From a virus, in IMG/VR virus record IMGVR_UViG_3300002460_000027: a DNA stretch of 64,000 bases. One strand, 5' to 3'. The notes under the pieces were generated by a model that was not told where the DNA came from, did no database searches, and was given only the letters and a program-made list of their open reading frames with translations. A program made the translations under genes and the position numbers. Shown piece after piece: positions 16,248-25,250 of this stretch; the stretch's first letter is position 1, and each line of letters opens with the position of its first letter.

Positions 16248-16663
16248 CCGTGACGCTCCGTGACCAACTCAAGCGGGATGAGGGGAAGTCGGCGGAGATG
16301 TATCTGGACTCGCGTGGGTTCCTCACTATCGGCTACGGCCATCTCCTGCGTGGCGGGCCTCCTCTGTCTGATGCTGCAATGGAGCAGATACTGGGGGACG
16401 ACCTCCTGGCCACAACCCAGGCGCTCAGGGACCGGCTCCCGTGGGTCGTCACGCTCTCGTCGGCCCGGGAAGGGGCGCTCGTGAACATGGCGTTCAACAT
16501 GGGGGTCGGGGGCGTGGCCGGGTTCAAGAAGATGCTGGCCGCGCTCCAAGCCCAGGAATGGGACACGGCGGCCCGAGAGTTGCTCGACTCCAAGTACGCG
16601 ACCCAGGTTGGGGAACGGGCCACGCGACTGGCCCAGCAACTCATTACGGACACGTGGGTCTAG
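16214..16663 (+). CDS. T4-type lysozyme (GH24) endolysin
   Basis: LKRDEG...YLDSRGFLTIGYGH (E-D-T triad), LVNMAFNMG, SKYATQVGERATRL. Confidence 0.9.
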   Translation: MPAPLPGTLHLTVTLRDQLKRDEGKSAEMYLDSRGFLTIGYGHLLRGGPPLSDAAMEQILGDDLLATTQALRDRLPWVVTLSSAREGALVNMAFNMGVGGVAGFKKMLAALQAQEWDTAARELLDSKYATQVGERATRLAQQLITDTWV

Positions 16664-16672
16664 GGGGACACC

Positions 16673-16960
16673 ATGAAGGTGGGGCGGCACTACATCGGCA
16701 AGATGTGTCAGATCCGGTGGTTCGACCCGATCAACGGTAACCATGAGTGTGACAAGTCTGAACTCCCGAAAGGGAAGGTAGCCCTCGGGGTTTGGAGGTC
16801 AAACGGGGTGATTGACGACCTGACGGATGGGGTGGTGCGGCTGATTCAGGCCGATACGGGCTTGTCTCCAGTCGGCATCCTTCAAGAAGCCGACGCCTGT
16901 TGGATTCCAGAAGACCTGATTGACGCGATCATCAGTTACGTGCCAGAGGTGTCGCCGTGA
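16673..16960 (+). CDS. hypothetical protein
   Basis: SD GGGG upstream; coupled to the next ORF. Confidence 0.6.
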   Translation: MKVGRHYIGKMCQIRWFDPINGNHECDKSELPKGKVALGVWRSNGVIDDLTDGVVRLIQADTGLSPVGILQEADACWIPEDLIDAIISYVPEVSP

Positions 16961-17274
16961 CTTTTGGAGTGTTCCCGTGGGGGGCCCCGGCACCAGTTCC
17001 CACACGCCCGACGTTCGTAGCCGACTGGGTACCGACAGAGACCCCAAAAGTGACCCGAGACTACTGCCCCAAGTGCGAGCCCAAGACCGACCCGACGGTC
17101 GAGTGCTTGCAGGTGTCATGGTGTGACACCCACCGGCCGTCTGTGAAGGGCAAAGACGACGGGAAACTCAACGACATCCTGAACGGGGCCGCACTCCACT
17201 ATTCGTTCAACGAGGCCGGCGGGGCTGACAACCGGGCCGCGTGCGCGTTCTTCCACCGCCGAGAGGATACGTGA
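16957..17274 (+). CDS. hypothetical Cys-containing protein
   Basis: GTGA coupling; CPKC...WC. Confidence 0.55.
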   Translation: MTFGVFPWGAPAPVPTRPTFVADWVPTETPKVTRDYCPKCEPKTDPTVECLQVSWCDTHRPSVKGKDDGKLNDILNGAALHYSFNEAGGADNRAACAFFHRREDT

Positions 17275-17513
17275 TGACCAAGAAGCGCGACATCTCTCTT
17301 GGTCTGCTCATCGCCCTGCGGGTGTTTGCCCCCATCGTGTTCGGAGCTGCCCTCTGGCTCTACCTCCCCCATCAGGAGGCAACCGTCGTCATCGCCACAA
17401 GCCGAGTCCAGACCCCAGCCAAGCCTCGGGCCACGCTCAACGACGTCCGGCGCGACTGGGGTATCGAGGGCCGTTTGGACTGCCGTGTCATCCCACAAGG
17501 AGGTCTCCCGTGA
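17274..17513 (+). CDS. membrane protein
   Basis: Hydrophobic N-half. Confidence 0.5.
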   Translation: MTKKRDISLGLLIALRVFAPIVFGAALWLYLPHQEATVVIATSRVQTPAKPRATLNDVRRDWGIEGRLDCRVIPQGGLP

Positions 17514-17644
17514 GCACGATCAAAGGTCTGATTGCCAAGTACCCTGTCATCTCGATGCTGGCCGTCGCCGCCGCGACCTATTACGGAGGCCCGAAAGGGG
17601 CTGACATGCTGGCCGCGATTGCCAAGGCGCTGGGGTTGGTCTAG
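17510..17644 (+). CDS. 44-aa membrane peptide, holin candidate
   Basis: MSTIKGLIAKYPVISMLAVAAATYYGGPKGADMLAAIAKALGLV; AGGAGG SD. Confidence 0.5.
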   Translation: MSTIKGLIAKYPVISMLAVAAATYYGGPKGADMLAAIAKALGLV

Positions 17645-17655
17645 CGAGGTGTTCC

Positions 17656-17895
17656 ATGTCGCTCAGGAAGCGGATCTGGAGCGTACTGTACAACCTGGAT
17701 CGCACCGTGGCGAGCCTGTTCGGCGCACCCCCGCAGGCCACCGTGTCGGCTGAGGCCGCGCGGGCAAACCAGCGTGGAGCGTGGTGGGGCCGAACGTTGT
17801 GCTGGCTGCTGGACAAGATCGACCCTGGGCATTGTGATGATGCCGACGCGCACGCTGACAAACTGGAGTCTGCCGACAATGGAAAGTTGCTCTAG
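17656..17895 (+). CDS. conserved phage hypothetical protein
   Basis: LYNLDRTVASLFG...TVSAEA...LCWLLDKIDPGHC pattern. Confidence 0.65.
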   Translation: MSLRKRIWSVLYNLDRTVASLFGAPPQATVSAEAARANQRGAWWGRTLCWLLDKIDPGHCDDADAHADKLESADNGKLL

Positions 17896-18064
17896 ATGAC
17901 CTGGTTCTTCATCCTCCTGTTCCCCGTGCTGCTGGGCGGCCCCGTCTCCGTTAAGGTCGAAGCTACCAGTGAAGACCACTGTACCCGCGTGCGGAAGCTC
18001 CTCGTGCAGCAACTGGACGACCACCGAAGCAACGCCACCGTGTCGGCGTGTGAGAGGATTGTGA

Positions 18065-20389
18065 ATGGAAGCTGAAAGCAAGCCGGGCCAGGACAAGCCG
18101 GACATCCCGGTTGAGGGGCCGGCCCCAGACCCCAACACTGAGTTGATTCAGAGCCTGACCCCTCGGCTCGATCCAGATGACGAGCGGGACCTTCGCAACC
18201 TCGTCCTCACCGAATATCACGCAGCCCTCTCGGATCGCTCCGAGTGGGAGTCCCGGCTGGTGGAGTGGGAAGACCAGTACTACAACCGCGTAGGGGACAA
18301 GACCTTCCCGTGGCCCGGGGCCAGCAACTTCCACGTGCCGCTCACGATGATGGGGGTGGAAACCTACAAACCCAGGCTCGTGGACTCCATCCTCGGCCAG
18401 CAGCCGCCGATCATCGTGGTGCCGACGACCGCTGCCGGGGAAGACCGGCGTGTGACCGTCGAGACCGTGCTGAACTGGCAGGTGCAGTCCAAGCTCAAGC
18501 TGGAGCCGGTCATCACCCAGTCCGCCCATCTCTTTCTCCAGCCCGGGCTCGCTGTCGCCAAGACGTACTGGAAGGTGGAACGCACCCGCCGCAAGATGGT
18601 GCGTGAGTTCCCGCCCGGCACCGCCATCGAAGCCATTTTCGAGGCGCTGTTTGGTGCGGACAAGCCCCAAGACCTGAAAACGACTGGAGACCTTAAGTGG
18701 CGGGGCGAGATTCGCACGTCTCCGCAGGGCGGCCCTCCGCTCGAAGCCATCATCGAGATGCGGGTGCTGGAGGACGGCATCCAAGTCCTCGTGGACCGCG
18801 AAGAGGTGACCGAAGGTCCGCAGGTAGACCTGATTGACCCCACTGACCTCATCGCGCCCGCGAGGGGCGGGCACGAGGTCAAGGACTTGCCATGGATTAA
18901 GCACCGGCTCTGGATGACCGAGGACGCGTTGCGCTTGAAGGTGCTCCAGGGTCGGTTCTACGAGGACTCGGTGCAGACCCTCGTGACGTCGGGCCCTGTG
19001 GGGGATGAGGAAACCGACTCTGGCGGCTACAAAGCCTCCCAAGATCAGGCGGAGGGGCTTGTCAGTGACGGGTCGAGCGATGCCCGGGCTGGGGAGTGGC
19101 CCATCCTGGAAGACTACCGTCGCTACGACATTGACGATGATGGGCTGGAGGAGGAGATCATCGTCTGGGTGTCCGAAGACCTACCGGACAAGATCCTCGG
19201 CTGGGACTACCTCGACAACGTGTACGCGCACGGTCGCCGGCCCCTTCGCGTGTCCCGGTTCTTCCCCATCCCGTTCCGGTTCTACGGGCTGTCGTTTGCC
19301 GAGATGGTCAAGGGCATCCAGGACGAGATCAACGCCATCCACAACCAGCGCGTGGACTCAGGCACCCTCGCCAACCTGCCGTTCGGGTTCAAGCGAGCGT
19401 CCTCCACGATCCCGCCCATCCAGCAGCGTATCCGCCCCGGCGAGTTCCTGGATGTGGACAACCCGCAGCAGGACGTGATGATCCCGAAGTTCAACTTCTC
19501 CCCGGCGTTCGGGTCACAGGAAGAGGCCACGCTGCATCAGTATTTCGAGCGCCTCACAGGCTTGAGCGACCTCTCGATGGGCCGGATGCCCAACCGGGTC
19601 GGGGCCACCCGCACGGCCAAGGGCACCCAGACGCTCCTCAGCGAGGGCGGGCTGCGCTTTAAGACGGCGATGCAGGCGTTCCAGCAGTTTTGGGTCGGCA
19701 TCTTCGAGGACATTCTGGCGCTGGACCAGGAGTACCTGCCCCCGAGGCAGGAGTTTCGGGTCACCGGGCGTCGGCCGGCTGTCATCCGGGTGAAGGACCG
19801 CACGGAGATCCGGGGGGCCTACGACCTTCGGCTGGCGGCCACCTCCGACACGATGAACCGGGAGCAGATGCGGCAGGACGCTTCCATCATCATCCAGGCC
19901 CTGATGAACCCGGCCGCCGTCCAAGTCGGGCTGGTTGGCAAGAAGGGCATCCGCCGGGCCTACCAGGACCTCCTGAAAGCCTACGGGAAGGACCCGGACT
20001 TCTATCTGGAGGACGACGCCCCCGTGCGCTCCCCCATCGAGGAGTTGATGCTGTTCACGACTGGCCAGTACATCGCTCCGGTCATGGGGGAGAACTTCCA
20101 GGCCCACATCATGGCCCACCAGGAGGCGATGCGGGACCCCTTGGTGCCGCCCGAAGCCAAACAGCTCCTCCGACGCCATCTTCAGGAGACCCACCAGCTC
20201 ATGCAGGCCGCGCAGATGGCTCAGATGCTCCAGGGACCGTCTGGGAGGGCGCCGATGGGCCCACAGGCCACAAACGCCGCCACGGGGGCAGCTCCACAGG
20301 GCGCTGGAGCCGGCCCAGGGGGCCCCGCGAGTCCTGCTGGGGCCGGAATGCCGTCACCAATGGCCCAAATGGGCCCACAAAGGGGATAA
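18065..20389 (+). CDS. portal protein (podovirus P22/SU10-like)
   Basis: 774 aa; WPGASNFHVPL, FYGLSFAEMVKGIQDEINAIHNQRVD, TGLSD..MG, Gln/Pro/Gly-rich tail; between terminase and capsid. Confidence 0.85.
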   Translation: MEAESKPGQDKPDIPVEGPAPDPNTELIQSLTPRLDPDDERDLRNLVLTEYHAALSDRSEWESRLVEWEDQYYNRVGDKTFPWPGASNFHVPLTMMGVETYKPRLVDSILGQQPPIIVVPTTAAGEDRRVTVETVLNWQVQSKLKLEPVITQSAHLFLQPGLAVAKTYWKVERTRRKMVREFPPGTAIEAIFEALFGADKPQDLKTTGDLKWRGEIRTSPQGGPPLEAIIEMRVLEDGIQVLVDREEVTEGPQVDLIDPTDLIAPARGGHEVKDLPWIKHRLWMTEDALRLKVLQGRFYEDSVQTLVTSGPVGDEETDSGGYKASQDQAEGLVSDGSSDARAGEWPILEDYRRYDIDDDGLEEEIIVWVSEDLPDKILGWDYLDNVYAHGRRPLRVSRFFPIPFRFYGLSFAEMVKGIQDEINAIHNQRVDSGTLANLPFGFKRASSTIPPIQQRIRPGEFLDVDNPQQDVMIPKFNFSPAFGSQEEATLHQYFERLTGLSDLSMGRMPNRVGATRTAKGTQTLLSEGGLRFKTAMQAFQQFWVGIFEDILALDQEYLPPRQEFRVTGRRPAVIRVKDRTEIRGAYDLRLAATSDTMNREQMRQDASIIIQALMNPAAVQVGLVGKKGIRRAYQDLLKAYGKDPDFYLEDDAPVRSPIEELMLFTTGQYIAPVMGENFQAHIMAHQEAMRDPLVPPEAKQLLRRHLQETHQLMQAAQMAQMLQGPSGRAPMGPQATNAATGAAPQGAGAGPGGPASPAGAGMPSPMAQMGPQRG

Positions 20390-20392
20390 ACC

Positions 20393-20704
20393 ATGCCGAC
20401 CGAGCTTGAAAAGCGTCTCGCGCACCGAACGGGGGCCGAAGCCGCGAAAGAGATGGAAACTCGCGCCTTTTGGGCCACTGTGGCCGCTCACATGCGGGAT
20501 CTGGTCACCTATCCGTCCTGGGAGGTCTACAGCGAGCAACTGGCCGGTTTGGAGGCCAACTGGGTCGAGAAAATGGTCACCGCGACCGAATCCAAGGACT
20601 TCGGGTACGCCCAGGGCTTCATTTCGGGCCTGAGAACGGCCCACAACCTCCCGCAGGCCATCGTCCGCAAGACGGAGCAGTCTCAGACTGGGGTGAGCAA
20701 GTAA
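20393..20704 (+). CDS. small portal-adjacent hypothetical protein
   Basis: YAQGFISGLR helix; position after portal. Confidence 0.6.
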   Translation: MPTELEKRLAHRTGAEAAKEMETRAFWATVAAHMRDLVTYPSWEVYSEQLAGLEANWVEKMVTATESKDFGYAQGFISGLRTAHNLPQAIVRKTEQSQTGVSK

Positions 20705-20707
20705 CGA

Positions 20708-20736
20708 TTGACTAGATGCAAGAAGTGTGCCATAAT
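20708..20736 (+). promoter_or_regulatory. sigma70-type promoter for the scaffold/capsid genes
   Basis: TTGACT-17 bp-CATAAT; SD GGGAGG and ATG at 20758. Confidence 0.75.
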
Positions 20737-20757
20737 GTACCGTGTCGGGAGGCTGAC

Positions 20758-21081
20758 ATGCCAATAAAGGGCTACTTTGGTGGCCACGGAGAAGAAGTCA
20801 TGCGTTCTATGCGGAAAGCACACTCGGGGGCCTCGTCCAAGCGGGTCAAGTCCGAGTTCTACGCGACTGCTAACAAAATGGGCATGAAACCGATGGAGCA
20901 CATGCCGGCTGGGGCCAAGCAGAGCCCGGCAGGCGACATCGGGGCCCACCGGGGCGCGGAGGGAAACACCGTGTTCCCCAAGCTGCGGCCCGGGCGCACG
21001 GGCTCATGTGCCAAGCCCCTGACGTACCGGAAGCCCGCCTCGGCCAACGACAGCGGCGGGTCTTCGGGCGGGCACGCATGA
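20758..21081 (+). CDS. basic hypothetical protein
   Basis: SD + ATG; ATGA-coupled. Confidence 0.55.
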   Translation: MPIKGYFGGHGEEVMRSMRKAHSGASSKRVKSEFYATANKMGMKPMEHMPAGAKQSPAGDIGAHRGAEGNTVFPKLRPGRTGSCAKPLTYRKPASANDSGGSSGGHA

Positions 21082-21332
21082 AAGCCCACACCGGCCCCTT
21101 CCCCCGCTCACCCAAAGACCCGCTGGAGTTCCGCAAGATGGAGATGGGCCGCCAGAAGGGCTTCAAGCCGTACTCGCGCCTTCGGAACGGGGGCGGCCCC
21201 ACCGTAGACGTGAACGTCGGCTCCGGGCTTGCCCCAAAGAAGGCTCGGCCGTTCGGTGAGGAAGTCGGCAACACGAAGCCACCGAAGGGCCGCACCAAGC
21301 CCGTCCGTGGCGAAGGCCCACCCGCACGCTAA
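21078..21332 (+). CDS. basic Pro/Lys-rich hypothetical protein
   Basis: ATGA coupling. Confidence 0.5.
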   Translation: MKAHTGPFPRSPKDPLEFRKMEMGRQKGFKPYSRLRNGGGPTVDVNVGSGLAPKKARPFGEEVGNTKPPKGRTKPVRGEGPPAR

Positions 21333-21355
21333 CGATCTGACAAGGGAGACTTGAC

Positions 21356-22216
21356 ATGGCGGAAGTTGAACCGGGCGTGAACGACGCGGGCTCGCCCCCC
21401 GAAGGGGTTGTTTCCGAGGACGTTACCCCGGCGGCTTCGTCCACCGCCGAGCCGGGCGTCACCGCAGACTCGCCCCCTGCTGGCCGTACCCTGGAAAACG
21501 TCGTGGCAGAGATGCACCGACGCGACTCAGAGCGGCAGAAACAGCTCGACTCCGTGCTGGCTTGGATTGGGAGCCAAGGCGCAGTCCGCCAGGCCCCTCC
21601 TCAGGCCGCTCCCCAGCCCTCCCAGGAACCGTCTAACGACGACTTGTGGGCGCTGGCGCAGAACGGGGACCGACAGGCGTTTGAGGCGTTACAGCGTCGG
21701 ATTGCCCGCCAAGAAGTAGCCCAGCAGTACGGCCAGCAGTCCCGCGCCACCCTGGTATCCAGCCAGTTGAACGCGCTCGTCACCAAGTACGCAGCCCTCC
21801 GCGACACGTCCCATCCCCTCACGCAGACGGCCCAGCAAGCCTATGCCCTGCTGTTACAGGCCGGGCACCCGGCTGGCGCTGAGACTCTGTTGGAGGCGAC
21901 GTTGACGGCCATCGCCGACCGCCCGGACTTGATTGTCGAGTTGTACAACCAGGCTCCCCAGGCCCGTGAGCAGACCCGCCAGAGCGCGACCACTCGCGCC
22001 CAGGCCGGTGTCACCGGGAGTACGGTACGTCAGACCCCCACGCAGGCCCCACAGGCCCGAATCTCTACCGACGAGGCGAAGTTGGCTTCCCGAATGGGGA
22101 CCAAGGACCCGAAGGGCGCGAAGGAGCGGTTCCTCAAACGTCAGGAGTCCGGCCAGTCCAACTTGGGCGCGGTCGGCGGCTTCCCGTCTGTGATCAAAGA
22201 GATGGAGGGCATGTAA
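21356..22216 (+). CDS. capsid scaffolding protein (putative)
   Basis: Acidic disordered N-terminus, helical core; position upstream of capsid. Confidence 0.6.
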   Translation: MAEVEPGVNDAGSPPEGVVSEDVTPAASSTAEPGVTADSPPAGRTLENVVAEMHRRDSERQKQLDSVLAWIGSQGAVRQAPPQAAPQPSQEPSNDDLWALAQNGDRQAFEALQRRIARQEVAQQYGQQSRATLVSSQLNALVTKYAALRDTSHPLTQTAQQAYALLLQAGHPAGAETLLEATLTAIADRPDLIVELYNQAPQAREQTRQSATTRAQAGVTGSTVRQTPTQAPQARISTDEAKLASRMGTKDPKGAKERFLKRQESGQSNLGAVGGFPSVIKEMEGM

Positions 22217-22815
22217 TGCCGAGTGGAACCCCCAGAATTGGCAGCCACGCGGGAGAAAACCCGCAACCGGAAGTCCTCGGAACGATCAACCCACGCATCA
22301 CCGACCCAGAGCCCCAGGGAGCGTATAACATCAGCGAGTTCGCTGGTGTCACCGTGGAAATCACGGAACCGCCCCCGCCGTGGGAGCTGGAAGGTGGCGA
22401 CTACGCCCTGTCTGACGCTCGCCGCTATGTAGACGTGCCGGATAACTGGGAGTTGCGCTGGATCAATCCTAAGCTCCTCGACCAGTTCGGATGGCGCTAC
22501 TGGCAGCCCGTCATGAAGTCCGACCCACACGTCAAGGTCAAGGTGGACACGATGGTCTCGCCCGAGGGCAACATTCGCCGGGGCGGGTTCACCGGAGACA
22601 TCCTGGCCTGGATGTACAAGTCCTGGGTGGAGGCCCGCCGCAAGGAACAGCAGCGTGACACCGCCAAGCTCACCGAGTCGGCCGTGCGCCGTCAGGAGCA
22701 GCTCCGCGAGGAGTTCGCCCGTGGCCAGTACGGTCCCAACGTGCGCTTGGAGGAAGCCACGCACCCCCGGCAGACACAGGCCGACGGTCGGGAGATGCGC
22801 TCAAGAGGCGACTAA
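22216..22815 (+). CDS. conserved head-module hypothetical protein
   Basis: ELRWINP...RYWQPV...IRRGG; TAATG coupling on both sides. Confidence 0.6.
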   Translation: MPSGTPRIGSHAGENPQPEVLGTINPRITDPEPQGAYNISEFAGVTVEITEPPPPWELEGGDYALSDARRYVDVPDNWELRWINPKLLDQFGWRYWQPVMKSDPHVKVKVDTMVSPEGNIRRGGFTGDILAWMYKSWVEARRKEQQRDTAKLTESAVRRQEQLREEFARGQYGPNVRLEEATHPRQTQADGREMRSRGD

Positions 22816-23468
22816 TGCCATTCCTGCAACCCGCTACGAACAATTACTTTGGCTTCATGCCGGCAACGGCGAACGCCCAGGTAAACTACTACAACGTCAG
22901 TTCATCCGAAGCCGGTGACATCAACATGGGCGACGTGGTGGTGCTGACGTCCATCGGTACGGTGAAGGTTGCCCCCACGGGTGGCCTCGCATCGCTGATG
23001 GCCGGAGTCGCCGCCAACTTCTTGGCGAACGGCACCGGGTCTCTAACCGCCAAGCCCAACTCCGAGACGTCGCGTCTCCTGTTGGTCTACGATGACCCCC
23101 ACCAGTTGTTTGTGGGGTGTGATACCACGTCGGGGGCGGCCATCGCCAGTACGGCGTATGCCTCCACGTCTACGGAGAACGAGTGGGTCGGCCACACGGT
23201 CACGGTGCTGACCACCGGAGCCGTCGGCAGCACAGGCCCCAGCGGCACGCTACACCGCTCGGTGATGGCCGTCAGTGGCGTGGTCAGCACGCACGGCGCT
23301 GACACGGGGGTCTTCAAGATCCTCGGGATGCACCCCATCGAGGCGGGGATCATGTCTACGGCGGCGCTGTTTGCTGCCGGAGCCGCAGGCAACGTCCGAA
23401 AGCTGCTCCTGCGGCCGTCTACTCACCAGTTGTTCGGGCCGACCGTCGTGCCGGTCTCGACTGGTTAA
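22815..23468 (+). CDS. capsid decoration/cement-like protein (putative)
   Basis: FGFMP, INMGDVVVL, LVYDDP; immediately before the major capsid gene. Confidence 0.6.
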   Translation: MPFLQPATNNYFGFMPATANAQVNYYNVSSSEAGDINMGDVVVLTSIGTVKVAPTGGLASLMAGVAANFLANGTGSLTAKPNSETSRLLLVYDDPHQLFVGCDTTSGAAIASTAYASTSTENEWVGHTVTVLTTGAVGSTGPSGTLHRSVMAVSGVVSTHGADTGVFKILGMHPIEAGIMSTAALFAAGAAGNVRKLLLRPSTHQLFGPTVVPVSTG

Positions 23469-23480
23469 GGAGACCAGACT

Positions 23481-24395
23481 ATGGCTACCCTACGGACGAC
23501 GCTTCCCTCGCTGTACCTCAGCCGCCTGGCGTTTCTCGAAGATGTCCTGTTCGACGAGATGCCCATCGAGGCTGGGGTGTTTCAGCGCATCCTCAAGGTG
23601 CGCGACATGGGCAACAAGCCCTTCGTCAAGACCACGACCGTCGCCTCGTTCGGCTCCGTGCCGATCAAGGCGGAAGGCGCGGCCGTCACGTATGACGACC
23701 TCGCCAGCGGCTACGATGTGACGTATACGGCCGACACCTACGAGCTGGCGTTCCGGGCCTCCAAGGAAGCCCTGGACGACGAGCAAGAGGAAGTCGTGTC
23801 GGACGCCGCTCGGGCCCTCGGGCAGAGCATGAATTACACGTACGACGTGGATCATGCCAACCTGTTCAACAACGGCTTTACGACCACGACGGGCTCTCCA
23901 GACGGCGTGGTACTCTTCAGCACGGTCCATCCGCTGGTCGGGGGCGGCACCAACGCCAACCGGCCGGCCACCGACGGGGACCTCTCCGTCGCCCAGCTTC
24001 GCACGGCCCTGAACGACATCGCCAACACCAAGGACGATTCGGGCAAGATCGTGCATTGGCGGGCCAAGGTGCTCCTGGTGTCGTACAACCAGAAGTGGCT
24101 GGCATCGGAACTGCTCGGCAGCTCACTCAGGGCGGACACGGCGGACAACGCCATCAACGCCTTCAAGGACGACGGCCTCGTGGTCGTCTCTACTCCGTAC
24201 CTCACCGACACGAACGCGTTCTTCCTGCTGTCCGAACCCTCAAGGCACAACGTCCGCACGTACTGGCGTGAAAAGCCCAACGTGCTCCACGATTGGGACT
24301 TCGAGACGTCCAGCATGAAGGTCAAGATTCGGGCCCGGTGGCGGCGCGGTTGGAGCGACTATCGCGGGGTCTACGGCACCAGCGGCTCCTCGTAG
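23481..24395 (+). CDS. major capsid protein (HK97 fold, Mu gpT-like)
   Basis: FGSVPIKAEGAAVTYDD, YELAFRASKEALDD, FFLL, DFETSSMKVKIRARW..GWSDYRGVYG. Confidence 0.85.
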   Translation: MATLRTTLPSLYLSRLAFLEDVLFDEMPIEAGVFQRILKVRDMGNKPFVKTTTVASFGSVPIKAEGAAVTYDDLASGYDVTYTADTYELAFRASKEALDDEQEEVVSDAARALGQSMNYTYDVDHANLFNNGFTTTTGSPDGVVLFSTVHPLVGGGTNANRPATDGDLSVAQLRTALNDIANTKDDSGKIVHWRAKVLLVSYNQKWLASELLGSSLRADTADNAINAFKDDGLVVVSTPYLTDTNAFFLLSEPSRHNVRTYWREKPNVLHDWDFETSSMKVKIRARWRRGWSDYRGVYGTSGSS

Positions 24396-24476
24396 TCTAG
24401 AGTCGCGTCAGATGGCCGCCCGTTAGGGCCGCCTCCGGTTCTGCCTGGCTCCGGGCAAAAGCCAGGCTTCACCCCT

Positions 24477-24677
24477 ATGAGTCTCGCTGGGATTGGCCCG
24501 CTCGTTGAAGTGGTGCGGAAGTCTATCTTGCCTGGGCCCCAGGGCCCGGCAGGAGCCCCAGGGCCGTCAGGACCTCCTGGCCCCCGGGGACAGATAGGCC
24601 CGCCAACCGACTCAGCCCGCCTTGACGCGCTCGAAGCTCGGATTGCCGCGCTCGAAGCGCGTGTTGTCAGCACCTAG
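24477..24677 (+). CDS. 66-aa collagen-like (Gly-X-Y) + coiled-coil protein
   Basis: GPQGPAGAPGPSGPPGPRGQIGP then LDALEARIAALEARV. Confidence 0.7.
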   Translation: MSLAGIGPLVEVVRKSILPGPQGPAGAPGPSGPPGPRGQIGPPTDSARLDALEARIAALEARVVST

Positions 24678-24723
24678 TCACATCCTCTAGTCGCTGGGGC
24701 TGACCCCAGCAAAGGATTCTCAC

Positions 24724-25230
24724 ATGCCTCTCGGATTTGGTGGTGCCGTCTTCACGTCGTCTTCCGGTGGTGACATCGGAGGCGGCAAGTATTACACCCG
24801 GCTGCGTGGCCCGGTGTTGGTCGGAGCCCCGTCCAACTCGGACGCCCCGGGCGGCTCGTACTCAGGGAAGAACTTCCCCCCACACATCGTCAACGTCTCC
24901 ACGATGCGTGGGGACATGCTGGTGTCTGTCGTGTCCTCGTTTGCCCAGGCGATCACGCTGACCAGTTCGGCCCTGAACGTCAGTACGGGGACTCCTACCG
25001 GGCTCGTGTACATCTCGATGAGCACAGGGGCGGGCGGGATGATTGCGGCGGCATCCACCGCCAATGCTCCGACTGGTCTTCCCGGTGGGTTCAACGGAGC
25101 CGCTCTCGTATGGGATGCGGCGGCTCAGACCCTCGCGCTCTACGACCCACTCTCCAGCGCCTGGACGTACCCGCACACCACGTCAAGCGGTGCGGGAACC
25201 GTCATCACCTGGACCGCCTCTAGCTCCTAA
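24724..25230 (+). CDS. Ser/Thr/Gly-rich putative virion protein
   Basis: Composition and position. Confidence 0.6.
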   Translation: MPLGFGGAVFTSSSGGDIGGGKYYTRLRGPVLVGAPSNSDAPGGSYSGKNFPPHIVNVSTMRGDMLVSVVSSFAQAITLTSSALNVSTGTPTGLVYISMSTGAGGMIAAASTANAPTGLPGGFNGAALVWDAAAQTLALYDPLSSAWTYPHTTSSGAGTVITWTASSS

Positions 25231-25250
25231 CCAGACCGAAAGGGGACGCG

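Noticed and set aside
24448-24710. Intrinsic terminators after the capsid gene
   Set aside because: Hairpins are present but lack U-tracts; not called as terminators.
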